A DNA stretch of 64,000 nt, taken from positions 124,001 through 188,000 of the forward strand of contig MU057711.1 in assembly GCA_013265495.1 (NCBI GenBank), given 5' to 3'. The first letter of the stretch is position 1. Each line of letters opens with the position of its first letter. Position numbers and translations under genes: made by a program. This document shows, one piece after another, positions 24,141 through 36,604 of the stretch. Source of the DNA: Vicugna vicugna (Eukaryota). The notes below the pieces were generated by a model. The model did not search any database and was not told where the DNA came from. It saw only the letters and a program-made list of their open reading frames with translations.

Positions 24141-26676
24141 ACAAAATATTAACTGTAATCTTGCTTTCTTAAGCATTTCAAATAAAACTTCAAGTTCTTC
24201 ACAGTATTTTAAGCTTTACACTTGTTGCTGTATACAATGACATTTTACTTTAACATTTCTTAAGAGGTAGTTAGCTAATCCTTATAGTTTATTTCATATC
24301 CAGTGTCTATCTACCATTCTGATGCTTACCAAAGGTGGGGGGGAGAGGGGAAAAACTGACTGAAAACTAGATGAATACACAGTTGTTTAATATAAACTAA
24401 ATTTTAAAAAAATTTAATAGTTAAAAATAAAATTCATTTCTCCTCCTTTCTTTAATGATGTTTTTTGTACACATCGTAGTTTTACACTAAGAAATAGACA
24501 TCATATTTTTTAAGCTACTATACCTATGTAAACAATTAAATTCTCATGTATGTGCTCAACTCCATTTGGAGGCCAAGATCACAGATAAAAACTTCTCTGA
24601 TGACAAAGGAAGAAAGAGCAGAGATGAAAAAGTGGACAGTTCTGAGCCATGTTGAGTCTATTTGTTGACATTTCTTGATCTCTGTAGAAAATTCCAATTA
24701 CTGGTTTTTCACCCCACAGGAAATATAATTATGTCAAGGTGTTCTAATTTGTGGGAATCATCACCCTTAATATCAAAGAATAGCATTTATCAAAGGATGA
24801 ATTTAAATGTAATTGATGTCAACTGTAGCTTTTAGTTGCCTATGGTAACTGCTCTTTGAAATGACTGCTAATCCACTCACTTTTCAATGATCAGACAATA
24901 CTGAATTATTATGTAAGATATCGGGTAAAAGTAGTTACTAGGAGATGGGTTTAGCATGATGAAGAATCTAGGATGCTGCTCCAAGCTGCCTAGTCCAGTG
25001 GTGTTGAAACAATTTTGCTCAGATAAGCTCTAAAAAGAATTAAAAAAAAAACAAACTGTATGTCCCTTAACACATTTAAGTTCATTTCTAAGAAAGTAAT
25101 CTAATGTTTTTGTCATCTTAAATAGCTTTAAAATATGTCATCTTAAAATCTACTAGGATCGATATTTTAAAATAAAATCATCACTCTTAAAAATGTATCC
25201 AGTGGAATATAGATATAACACTGATTGTTATCCACCATCATCCACACAACAAACTACATAAAAAACCTCTTCTTCCCTTTATCTTTGAACTCGTACTTTT
25301 ATTTCACTTCTCTTACAGAACTTTATCATGATGTAAAATGTTTTCATATCTGAAGTCTTTTTACTGTTCACTCTATCACACGTCTCCAAAGAAATATATC
25401 CCTACAAATTGGTATATAAATTGAGTAGTCTTTAAATTAGTTTTATGTACCCAGGTGTTTAAAAAAAATCTCTTTGAGGTTGACTTATTTTAACTATTAG
25501 TGTACAACTGATGAAAACACATTTATATACTTTGATAACTTTAAAATTTTATTGGAATTGCATTGTTTAAAGAGATGAATGGAGCTTTAAAATATATCAG
25601 TTTATTTATCCTTAGAATAAATGACATTGCTAGGATGAGACAGGATTCCACATAAAGATACTCCCTCTCTTTATCTTTATAGATATTAACGTTAATAAAT
25701 CTTGCTTCCTAATAGTAATTAAGAAATTATTCTTAATTTTTAGGTATGATAAATACATTATAATTATGTATTTTTAAAACATTCTTGTGTTTTAGAGATA
25801 TATATTTAAATATCTATAGATTAAAACTGTCTGGGGAGGGAGTGAGAAAGAGAAATGAAGAAAAAGTTGTGAATGGAATAAGACTGGCCAAGAGTTGATA
25901 ATTGTAGCTAGATGACCAGTGTATTACATGCAAATTCACTGTCCTCTTCTCTCTACCCTTGTAAATGTTTAAATTTTTCCATAGTAATAATAATTTTTAA
26001 AAAATTTAGAGCTGCTGAGTTGACTCACTCAATTTATAGAAAATATTTGCCATGTAATCCAATTAGCAAAGCTAATCCTTACTGTCAAATCAATCTCCAA
26101 ATGAAAGTTATTTTCTGTCAGAGTCTGACCTCATTTTTTCAATTCAAATAAGTGTATTAATATGTTCCAAGAAATACAAAAACTGTTGAGAAAAGTACAG
26201 ATCATATATCATATGACAGATTATGAAAAGCAGTCAAGATTAAAATAATGTAATCTTGATAAAACTGATTTATCTATTTTTATAAAATAGGTTATAAAAA
26301 TAAGATAGTAAAGCAACATGCTGTTTATCTTCAGTGAATTTAAAGCAATGCAAAGTACAGCTAAAATAACTTATAATACAGTAAGTATGATAAAAGATAT
26401 AATAGTGCACTAAATGTACATGAATATTGAATTCTGGAATCTGGCTTTTGGAGTAATTAAATAAAAGTAGATTATACAAATGAGAAATAACACAATTTCT
26501 TTCTTATATCTTTAGACATAACAAATTTTCCCCATGACTTTAATAAACAAGAAAGGTATATACTACAAAAATTATCTGACTCAAGAGCAAGTAAATTTAC
26601 CTTCTATTAATAGGAGAAAGAAAACAGTAAACATTTTGTAAGACAAAATAAGGTGCTTGACTTTAAATGTAATTTT

Positions 26677-26801
26677 CTTTTTTGTAGGGGGCAGTAATTA
26701 GGTTTATTTACTTATTTATTCTTAGAGGAGGTACTGGGGATTGAACCCAGGACCTCATGCTTGCTAAGCATGTGCTCTACTACTTAAGCTATACCCTCCC
26801 C
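26677..26801 (-). mobile_element. tRNA-derived SINE, vic-1-like (camelid)
   Basis: Minus strand reads GGGGAGGGTATAGCTTAAGTAGTAGAGCACATGCTTAGCAAGCATGAGGTCCTGGGTTCAATCCCCAGTACCTCC plus A-rich tail; TSD TAAATGTAATTTT at 26664-26676 and 26804-26816. Confidence 0.88.
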
Positions 26802-27559
26802 GCTAAATGTAATTTTGTTGATGTGATCTAATAAAATAGGTTTTAGCTACATTACAGAAAAATGCATACCAAATATAAAAGAAAGTATGTAAAAGTTAAA
26901 TCTCTGAGTTTGGTAGTCCTAGAGAACATTCCAGTCACATCTGAAATAATCATTGTCAAGATCCAAAACTGCATCAGTGTGAAAAGCATCTTTCCATTTA
27001 AGTATGTGTCTTAGGGATAGAGTACTAAGAATAGCTGGAAGGTCTGCTTTGTTGAATTTGGTGTTTCTTACGGATGCTCTTTACTATGATCTCCCAGGAC
27101 CCTCGCTTAATAATTACAGATTCTTCAACAATAGGCAGGGAATGGAGGAGGCAAGTCATTGAAACAAAAACTGTCATTACTCTCACAACCTCATCCAGCA
27201 CACCTGAATTCAGAGTACCTTAATGTGGACAAAAATACTTTTTGTCGCCAAGCTTCATTGGAAGAGAAACAGGTATTAAGAAAAACTGGAAATTTTATTA
27301 GTTTGGTGTTTGGTGTTCTATGGGTTTTTACTCTCCGGGAAATGTATCATTAGTGAGATTTAGGAAAGGTAAGGAATATGGCATTCTTATTTGAAGAAGG
27401 AGAAAGTTACAGCGAAAACAGGTACATTCTCAGACACATTGATTTTAGGTAGGAGTACCCATGAAACCTAAGGATCTAGAAGGTGATTTGCTTAAATGAT
27501 CTGTGTTTGCATATTCTTTTGCAAGTCTTTACTTAGGGTAAAGTAAATAAACACAGCAT

Positions 27560-27860
27560 ACTATGTTGTATTTCCAAAGATGGCCACATTATCTCCCATC
27601 CCACATACTCTGTTATATTTCAGTTAAGCTGTGCCCACATCAACAGGTAGCATCCATAATCCTCAAATTCCCTAGAATCTTAGCTAGTTTGTTGATCTAT
27701 TTTGACCAATAGCAGAAATGATGCCGCTTAACTGCCAGGACTGGGCCTTAAAGAGACCTGCAGCAGCCTCAGTCTACACCTCTTGGACTGCTCCTTCTTG
27801 GAAACCAACCACTGTGCTATGAGGAAGCTAACCATGTGGGAGCACGGCCAAGGGCCCTGT
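27560..27860 (+). mobile_element. MaLR (MLT1-like) LTR fragment
   Basis: tttccaaagatggccac..tctcccatcccacat...gcagaaatgatg...gagacctgcagc..cttggactgctc..gaggaagc. Confidence 0.6.
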
Positions 27861-28728
27861 GTGACCTCAACAATGGTAATGGCTGCACGGAGCTGAAGGC
27901 AAGAGCACAGGCTTTAGAACTTGGAAGATCAAGAAACAAATCCCAGTTCTACCATTTTTTTAATATGTTGCGAGCTTAATGTGTTCACTTCACCTCTGAA
28001 TTGGCCTCAGTAAGCCACCTCCTCGGGTTAGAGCCTCTTTGGCTGCATACTATCTGTTGTGAGAAAAATATGACACAACTGATAGTGACTGCCAACCCCA
28101 GAGTTGCTAAGCGGATATGTAAAAAGGCAAATAGGTTCGTTTAAGATTCTCTTTCTTCTCATCCTTCCCTGTCCAACCCCGAGCCTCACAGAGGATGAGA
28201 GGCTGTGCGACCCTGTGGGCACATCTCTTGTGGAGGGACACGGTGAGGAGCAGGATACAGGAGGGAGAAGAGAGGCAAAGAATCCCTGCTGGAGAGGAAA
28301 GCTGCCTGGTAAACACCTGATGGGACAGTCACTCACTCATGGGCCTCTACTCAAATTCAAAGATGTGGGATGAACCAGATGAATCTTAAGGACCTCTCGG
28401 AAAGAACATCTTCTGCTCATAAGAGAAAATGTGGAGATTTCTTTCAGGCTTAGCCTTACTTTGTCCAAACATTCCTACCTCCAGAGGGGATGCACAGTGA
28501 CCTGAGCGACATCCCCAGCAGTGCTGGCCCTGGGGCAGGTGGGCGGAGCAGAGGAGCAGCAAACTGAGGAGACACACGGCCCCCACACTGACTCGGGAAC
28601 TGCAGCGCAGAGCCTCACCTCCAGACCGTTAAAAATCAAGTATTGGTAGGGCGTTTTCAACAGCATGCACACTTAAAAAAATGCAATAGTAATCTAATGA
28701 AAGGGGACTAATCCTGTATTTTCAGAAA

Positions 28729-28829
28729 TTATTTTGATTCATTTTACTCTAAATTGAAATGATAATATATACCAATCTTATTTTGATTCATTTTACCCTA
28801 AATTGAAATGATAATATATACCAATCTTA
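28729..28829. repeat. 49-bp tandem duplication (2 copies, 1 mismatch)
   Basis: TTATTTTGATTCATTTTAC(T/C)CTAAATTGAAATGATAATATATACCAATC at 28729-28777 and 28778-28826, followed by TTA. Confidence 0.95.
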
Positions 28830-31800
28830 CTCCATACATATCTTTTCTAACTGTGCTTGTTTGTTTTTCTGAATTTTTTTATTGTGGTAAAATATAAGTA
28901 ATATAAAATGTACCATCTGAACCATTTTTAAGTGCATAGTTCAGTGGTATGCTATGCTTGTTTTAAAATGGACTTTTTCAATACACATGCAAATAGTAAT
29001 GAAATAAAACAAAATGGTTTTCCCTCAAAGAAAGAAACAAAATTTTGATATATGCTAATAGAAATATGGTGAATTTAAAACATGTTTAAATATCATCAGT
29101 ATTCATTGTGAAATATTACTCTCAAATTTATTTGCACAGAAACTATAAAACTATGCTTTTCTCAAAAGAAGCTGGTATCTTTCTGAATGGTTACTACTAG
29201 AATACATATTTAAAAATGGTAAGATTTAACTAAAAGCAAAGTGAGTAAATTTTGCAAATAATGTCTTAAATTCACTTAGAAGCAATAAAAAATTCACTTA
29301 CAACACTGCCAACCAGAATATAAAACAAAGCAGTATGATAAATCACCAGGGAATTGGGGGTCATTTAATTGACCCCTCAAAAGCTTCCAATGAGATTCCA
29401 GGAAATAAAATTATGGATCCTTGAGTAACATGCCACTTGAAATAATCACAGTATATATAACTGTAAGTCATCTAACACTTTTCACCATTTCTGTGGCTTA
29501 ATTTTGAAAAGAAAAAGGTTTAGGTGAGAAACAACAGGTGAATAAATGAATTTATATCTAATAGCAAGTTTCTTTAGGAACAGAGGAAAGTTAGAAATCT
29601 GATACATTATTTCTGTGGAAATACCAGTTAAAAAAAACTTATTTCTCAAGTCATAATAGATTCCTCTAAATAACATTCAAAATACAAATGGTGTATAAGG
29701 TGAGAAAGGGAGGAGGTTGCTAGGGGAATTCTAAGAAAATGTGAATCATCTCAAAGCCACCTTTTTCTGTTAAGATTATGAGCACTAATGCTGATTATCA
29801 AGTTATAAGGTGCCTTGATGATTATCTGATTTTCTTTTGTGTTATAAATCTCATAATTTTCATATTTTTCTAAACAACACATTTAATAGTATATTATTTC
29901 ATTAAGATAAATATTTGCAATATTTTCTGTAATGCACCACCAAATAAACAAAATCAGCAGTAAAAATGAAGGGTAATTTAATAAATCAATCATTGGTTAT
30001 AATGTGAAAAAACAGAAGGTTATGTGGGAAAATAGGGATATATCCCTTCTAGACTGAGAATAAATAACTATATTTAAATAGAAGATACATTTTTTTCTGG
30101 TAATGGAGGAAAAATATCCACCCACATAAGTAACAGTTAAAATGGCTGCTTTCAGTGCCATTAATATTACATTCGGAATATCCATGCAATCACTTGTGAA
30201 GTAAACAGAGAATGGCAAAGGTATTTGTCTGCCACATACCTATATTAATATTCCCAGTACACAACTTGGGCCTGACCCAGAAACTGTGTTTGAACTCAGT
30301 ATATGAATCATACAAAATCTGAACAAACCAGCATAACATGTGGCTTTGATTAAAATTATAGGAACAAGTGTTTTCACTTCAAGACTGAAAACAGTATTCT
30401 GAACACTTATGCAATATCAGTTTCAGATACCCTTTTATAGAAAATGCTCGTTAACGATAACCACACATCACCGCCAAAGCTGCTCTAACACTTAATAGCT
30501 AGGTGTTATTTCTAAGCAATGTGGCACATTATTACATTATTTCAAGTCATTATAAAGTGAGGTTGAGGCGCAAACTGAAGCCTCACCTTTAAACATTTAA
30601 CACACTTCAATTACCTCCCACACCTCAGCAGATTTAGCATCTGTCCTGTCCCTGTCAGATAACCCCCACACTGTATCAACTAAAACGGGTTCTTCTACCT
30701 ATTACTGTTGCAGGCTTAGGCTGAGCATCTGCATCCTTACTCCAGCCAAACTGATCATGCTAGTTTTTCCTGAGGGCAATCTCCTGTTTCCATGTCTGCG
30801 CTGAGTCAGTGACAGCCATGGGCTTTCCAGCAAAATCCCATGGGAGCATTTAGCACTCTATTTAAAGATCACTGCGAAATTTCCCATAAAATTAAGGTGC
30901 TAGCCAAATTTAATCAAATTTAAGATAATCTTGGGTCTGGCATATCTATAAAGCACAGTATTTAAGTTGCAAAAAGTAGGTTAGATTTCTTGATTGAGAA
31001 GATTGCGCTGCCAATCAGAGGTCATGTGAAGAGTCCAAAGTGTCAATGCTGATGGTTTTTCCACTTGTGCACCGTAAATATGTCTGTAAATTATAAAACT
31101 GATATGGCTAAATATATTTTTCTCATTTTAGTAACATATTAATGCTTGCTCTCATAGGGACATATTCAGCCTTTTGTTGTCAGAATCATGATACTGATAG
31201 GTTACAGTCATCCTAACAGAGCTCCTGACAGAAATTCTTTTCAGGCAATGGATATAACTTCATTTTAAAAATTGGTCAGGGCAATCTTGGACATAAACTT
31301 GTTACCTATAATATGGTTAGCCACTATTGTTTAATTTGTAACTTAGGTTTAAATGAGAAATACCATAAAATAGCAGGGTTATTACTACAGTAAACTGAAG
31401 TATACCGGAGTATAATGTATAGAAAATGAAAGTGAACGTATCTTTAGGCAGAATAAGTTTTAAAAGCTATAGTTTTCAAGAAGCATCAGAGAAAAAAACT
31501 AACACAGAATTGAGAACAAATAAACTATGGCATTATCAAATGACATTCTAAACAGTTTTCTTGTAGGTTAAGTAGGAAATCCATAAAGATATTGGAAATT
31601 TTACTTTTCCAATTATGCTCAATAGCTATTTCATAAGTTTATATTTCTAAAGGTCAAACCACATCATACTGAAGACATTCCAAGTATTTCTTTCACTAAA
31701 ATGGAGGTCAGGAAAATGAAATAAACCAGGCCAGAAGTAACTATTCCAATCCTAATCACAATCACATTCTTAGTCTACCTTTGAGGAGAAGAAAGGAAAG

Positions 31801-33043
31801 GACAGGGCCAGAACAGTCCCAGCCCAAGGTAAACAAGCAGGGCTTGTTGTGGTAGGAGTGGCCTGTGCTTTCCTCTGACTCCACCCACACTCAGTTCCTT
31901 CTAGACTTGTTCACAAAGGCAAAGCAAATGTTTTTCTCTTGCAGACATTTTTCAAAGTTGAGGCAAAAATAGGTTTCTCATTTAAAGATTATCATTAAAG
32001 ATGAAAGATAATAAGTCTTTCAAAGGTCACTATGACTAGCATAAAAACACTCATGTTCTTTATCGAAAACTTTAAGAGAAAGTGATAGGAAATATGACAG
32101 TTTCTGCTCAGAACAGCTTAATGTTTGACAATTTTTCATCTTTGCCTGTGAATCCCATTTCAGAAACTAAGCATAAAAATACACTACTTCTTCAAAACAC
32201 AGAAGGAAAATTCATTAGATTTATAGCACCATGGAAGACAGATTAATAAAGGTGGTTCTCTGCACTTGCTGGAAAGTAAAAAGTAAATAAATGTGTTCTG
32301 TACTCTTGAACTAAATGTTTACCGTATCAAATAGAGAAAAAAATTAGCCAAGTTGATGGTATCTCTTGAAAGGAATCTTGCTATCATGAGTTCTTGTGTT
32401 AGGAGGGCAGTTCTATTCAAATATAAAGAAATTATGATGGAGATTTTTGAATTGTAAGATTCCAGGCAGTTTTCCCTAAGAATGGCATTTTTGGATTATA
32501 GTTCTAGCACACATATTGGCCAAGGATAGAGTACACATGGAAAAGTTTCCAGAGCCTAGAGAAGGAGTATTTACATTTTTAGGCAATTATTAATTGCTCA
32601 CTAAACAAATAAAAGAAAGAAGGAACAAGGCTTATCAATAAATGTCTGGCAGTTAACATGACTAAGGTGGAGAATCCAATCAAGACGGTAGCTACCAATA
32701 CTACTTAAATGAAATCTTTCCATTTCTAAAAAAACATCTAATGAGCTACCATTTAAATTTAAATGGAAACTTGTAAAGTTTGTTATCTCTCATTTCCAGA
32801 GGGACAAAAGGATTAAGCTGTCTCTGTGCAGAAACCAGTTGCTGATCAAATACAAACTGTTTGAGAAACCTTATGTGTTAACCAAATGCCCTTTTAAAAG
32901 TCTTTTTAAAAATGGATAAGGATTTCCAATGAGCTGGTTTTTTTTTTTCCCCAGTAGTTAAAGCAATCAGTTCACATAGATATACAGTCCCTCCAGCAGC
33001 AATATGTACAGTAAGTTACACGGTTATAATAATTTTTACTCAC

Positions 33044-33118
33044 CCTCCTAACAGTATCTGTGGCTGGTTGGATTCATTTGTGATACCAAATATATCAGGA
33101 ATTAAGTCACCATTGAAG
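33044..33118 (-). CDS. ITFG1: ITFG1 coding exon 5 (75 nt)
   Basis: ttttcag|CTTCAATGGT...GGAGG|gtgagt; (D)FNGDLIPDIFGITNESNQPQILLG(G). Confidence 0.96.
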
Positions 33119-33199
33119 CTGAAAAGAAAATATTAAAAACACTAAGCAGCTATTCTATTAAATTCTCACTTTTAATTTAGTTTAAAAAAACAAACAAAC

Positions 33200-34165
33200 T
33201 TTGGGGACGCGTGGTAGATACATAACAGTATCTGCTATAGTCAACAGAATGTCAGAAGTTACGTGTGTCTCTTAGAGGTCAAAGCGTTTAATTTTTGTTT
33301 CTGGACCTTCTAGCCCTCTTCACAATGAGAAGAACGAGTTTCAGATGGTCCAGTTGAGACAGGATGGAAGAGGGCAGGGCACAGCCACTCAAGGAATGAC
33401 AGCAATTTAACACCAAAATGATGGAAGATTCAACTCCCAGTTGGCCTTGAGGATTAAGCTGGTGGGAGGTTTGACTTCTAGTAGACCTTGAGCTTCATTA
33501 TATGCTCTTTGTAACAGGGTGATAAACAACATGCCCACAGGTGCCATGACAGCCCCCAGGCTAACTGCAAAAGGCCAAAGAATGGCTGGTGGCCCAATTC
33601 CTGGGGATCCCAGCCCCTTCCCCAGGGCAGCTGGAATGGTCCCACTTGTAGGCGTGTGAAGCTACCAAGCCCACAAAAACTGGCAACACCACGCCTAGCA
33701 GCCTTTTCCCCTCCCTCCTCTTTGGAGCCTGCACTCTGTCTTTGGAGTGTGTACCTACTTTTACTTTAACCTGAGCACCCAATTCCCACACCTCTTTCCT
33801 TGCCCTTCTCTTGCCTTACACTCTATGCAGTGTGTATCTCTCTAAATAAATCTGCCTTTACTCAATGGTGGCTCGCATTTGAATTCTTTCCTGTGCAAAG
33901 CCAAGGACCCACACCTGGCGGGGTATGTTCCAGGGGCTCAACCAAGACCTGGGACATGGCCCTCCTCATGCCCCACATCTGTTTTTCCTGCATCACAGTT
34001 ACACAGATGATGGGGCCTCTAAGACACTCTGAGTGATGACAACGAGCAGAGCCTATCACTGACCCACAGTAGACATGTTGTATGAGCAAGAAAGAAACTT
34101 TTGTTGTGAAATTTTGGTACTGTCTGTAACGTATGCATAGCCCAGCTTATTTCTGAATGATTACG
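33200..34165 (+). mobile_element. Old MaLR (MLT1-like) LTR interrupted by the ERV1 solo LTR
   Basis: Flanks on both sides of the solo LTR resemble MLT1, e.g. 3' end 'atgagcaagaaagaaacttttgttgt...gcatagcccagctt'. Confidence 0.6.
33355..33995 (+). mobile_element. Solo LTR, ERV1-like (641 bp)
   Basis: TG...CA termini, 4-bp TSD CAGT (33351-33354, 33996-33999), AATAAA at 33845-33850 followed by an LTR-like U5. Confidence 0.85.
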
Positions 34166-34976
34166 AGACCCTTATTTCACAATCATGACCCTCCTTATTC
34201 AGTTAGATGGGGTTAGGAGAAATAACCCACAAAAGTAATTCCTAGCTGGTATAAAAATTTATAACAACCACTGAATATTGTAAAAACAATGAAAAAATAC
34301 CCAATTATGAAAGAAATCAAGCTGAGCACCTTTAAAAATATTAACGCATGGATTCAGAGTTCAGACTTCTAATAGTACTGACCTACTGATGTATAACTAT
34401 GACTTTAATAACTCTACAAAAGGCAGCAGTGGAAACAAGAATGTGGCTGTATGTTGTTTAGTCTCCAAAATGGTATCTAGGTCATCCTGACAGGAATTTG
34501 GAGTCACTGTATTCTGATACATGAGTCTATTTTGAGCAGATAAATGATAACACTAAGGAAGAGTTGTAAAAAAGGGCAAAGTTTCTCCTTAATATAGAAA
34601 TCTTCCTAAGTCCCTGGAGGAAATCCTATACCCTTTATATCTGTCAGCCAAGTACCAACAGTCTTAACCCAGTTATCTCAGTTAAGTAATGACATAGCTA
34701 GAACCAACACAGATCCATAATGGATACATTTAAAGCTACTGAAAGAAAACCCAAAACACAAATTTCTTTCTTCTTCCAAAAAAACGAATTTCATTTTTCT
34801 CTATCTTCTATCACGACAAATAAATATCATATAGTCAAGAGTACAGGCTCCCATCGGCTTCCAAGCGAGAATGAATTAGAGTCAATACTACTTAGCAAAG
34901 TAGTTTCTTATGTGAGAAATTTTATTTTATGTTTGTAAGTTTGAAATCATTCAAAGAGAAGCAAGCACATACTTAC

Positions 34977-35034
34977 TCCATAATTAGTGGTTCATCTTGA
35001 AAAGTCCTATTGAGTACAGTCATATTGCTAGGAT
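34977..35034 (-). CDS. ITFG1: ITFG1 coding exon 4 (58 nt)
   Basis: cttttaaag|ATCCT...ATGGA|gtaagt; (D)PSNMTVLNRTFQDEPLIM(D); acceptor is AAG. Confidence 0.95.
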
Positions 35035-35479
35035 CTTTAAAAGAAGAAAATACATAAATGAACAGGCACTTTATATTATTTTTGATATCTGTACTTAGGG
35101 GAAAATATTCTTCTCAAAATTAATCTCTAATTAATTTCAACTGTTACCATTAGTGAGACACTATAACTTAAATGAACATCAAATATGTAAAGATAAAATA
35201 TTGGTACAGTGAAGACCATCATTACAGTAACTCCCTTTTGAGGCTTCAAGCTGAAAATCTCCTAGATGAGTCTTCTTTAAATACAATTTAGCACTGCAGC
35301 AGTTGACAAGGTTTTGGTGTAAAGAAGCCAATATATGCAAAACTACTTGACTCTAAAATGTCCATATCCTCCTCCCCTTCACCTGCCCTTGAAATCTGGC
35401 TCCATGAACGAGGCTGTCCATTTAAGTATAATTAATTGGCTTTTCAAAGAAGACTTGAAGATTTGTGGGTGGATATGGC

Positions 35480-35945
35480 AGACTGACTCTCAACCTTTAA
35501 TCTTTTTGTGCTTTCCTATACTGGAGAGACTAGAAACCAAAAATAGCATTTCTCAGATATCCTTGCATCAAGATTCTAAATGAAATGTAAGTCTTGCCAA
35601 TCAGATACACTATGAGTTTTGGAAGGCAGGAATGAGGTGAAGGCTGTGTTTCTGCCATTTCTTCTCAGTGTCTGATCACTGAATTGTGAGCATCAAGAGG
35701 CAGGGTACAGGGCACCCATTCTGCTGGTGAGCATGAGTCATTCTAGCGGCTGTTGTGCAACTTGCCACTTTCTGATAGTAAAAAAGCAGTAGCTTCTTTG
35801 AAGGTTTTGAAGACTGTTCCTGAAAGTTCAACCTAGTGTCTATTCTTTAGCTATCCCAGTAACTCTATAAGTCATAAAAACCATTTAATAAATCTCCCTC
35901 TTCCTTAAGCTAACAAGCACAGACTTTGTGTCTAGAACTGACCCC
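35480..35945 (+). mobile_element. Old ERVL-type LTR relic (LTR33/LTR16-like)
   Basis: catttctcagatatccttgca...ccaatcagatacac...ttaataaatctccctcttccttaagcta. Confidence 0.5.
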
Positions 35946-36060
35946 AGACCACTTCCAGGTGGAAAAAGAAAAATCAGAAAATAGACTTTTCAAGAATATC
36001 AGGCACATTTTTCCTTTAATATCCAGTATTAAATATTAAGAACTCTTAAAGCAAATTCAC

Positions 36061-36206
36061 CTAATGTTTGATTTTGTCCCCAGCAGATAACGGCTCCTAA
36101 TTCACCGCTGGCATGATTTTTGGGAAGATATGTCAGAAGGACATCCATTTGTGAATCTCCATCATAATCCCCCGGGACTACGCTTGTTATCAATGTACTG
36201 TAATTC
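36061..36206 (-). CDS. ITFG1: ITFG1 coding exon 3 (146 nt)
   Basis: tttcag|G...TTAG|gtgaat; NYSTLITSVVPGDYDGDSQMDVLLTYLPKNHASGELGAVICWGQNQTL with DxDGD FG-GAP loop; phases match exons 2 and 4. Confidence 0.97.
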
Positions 36207-36327
36207 CTGAAAGAAACAAACAACTTAAGAAGCAATAGAGTTACAAAAGAAAAGTGGCCTCTATATTTGTACCGTACGAAAGTATTTTCAATGTAAAATT
36301 TAAACATTCACAGAACTGATTAATTTC

Positions 36328-36604
36328 TTTTTTTTTAACATTTTTATTGATTTATAATCATTTTACAATGTTGTGTCAAATTCCAGTGTAAAGCACAATT
36401 TTTCCACTATACATGAACATATATATATTCATTGCCACATTCCTTTCTTTGTGAGCTACCATAAGATCTTGTATATATTTCCCTGTGCTATACAGTATAA
36501 TCTTGTTTATCTATTCTACAATTTTGAAATCCCAGTCTATCTCTTCCCACCCCCCACCCCCTTGGCAACTACAAGTCTGTATTCTATGTCTACGAGTCTA
36601 TTTC
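36328..36604 (-). mobile_element. Young 5'-truncated L1 3' tail (277 bp)
   Basis: Poly-T on plus, L1 3'UTR sequence, perfect 20-bp TSD TCACAGAACTGATTAATTTC at 36308-36327 and 36605-36624. Confidence 0.9.

Noticed and set aside
30800..30808. AP-1/ARE-like motif GCTGAGTCA
   Set aside because: A single short motif without supporting context could easily be chance.
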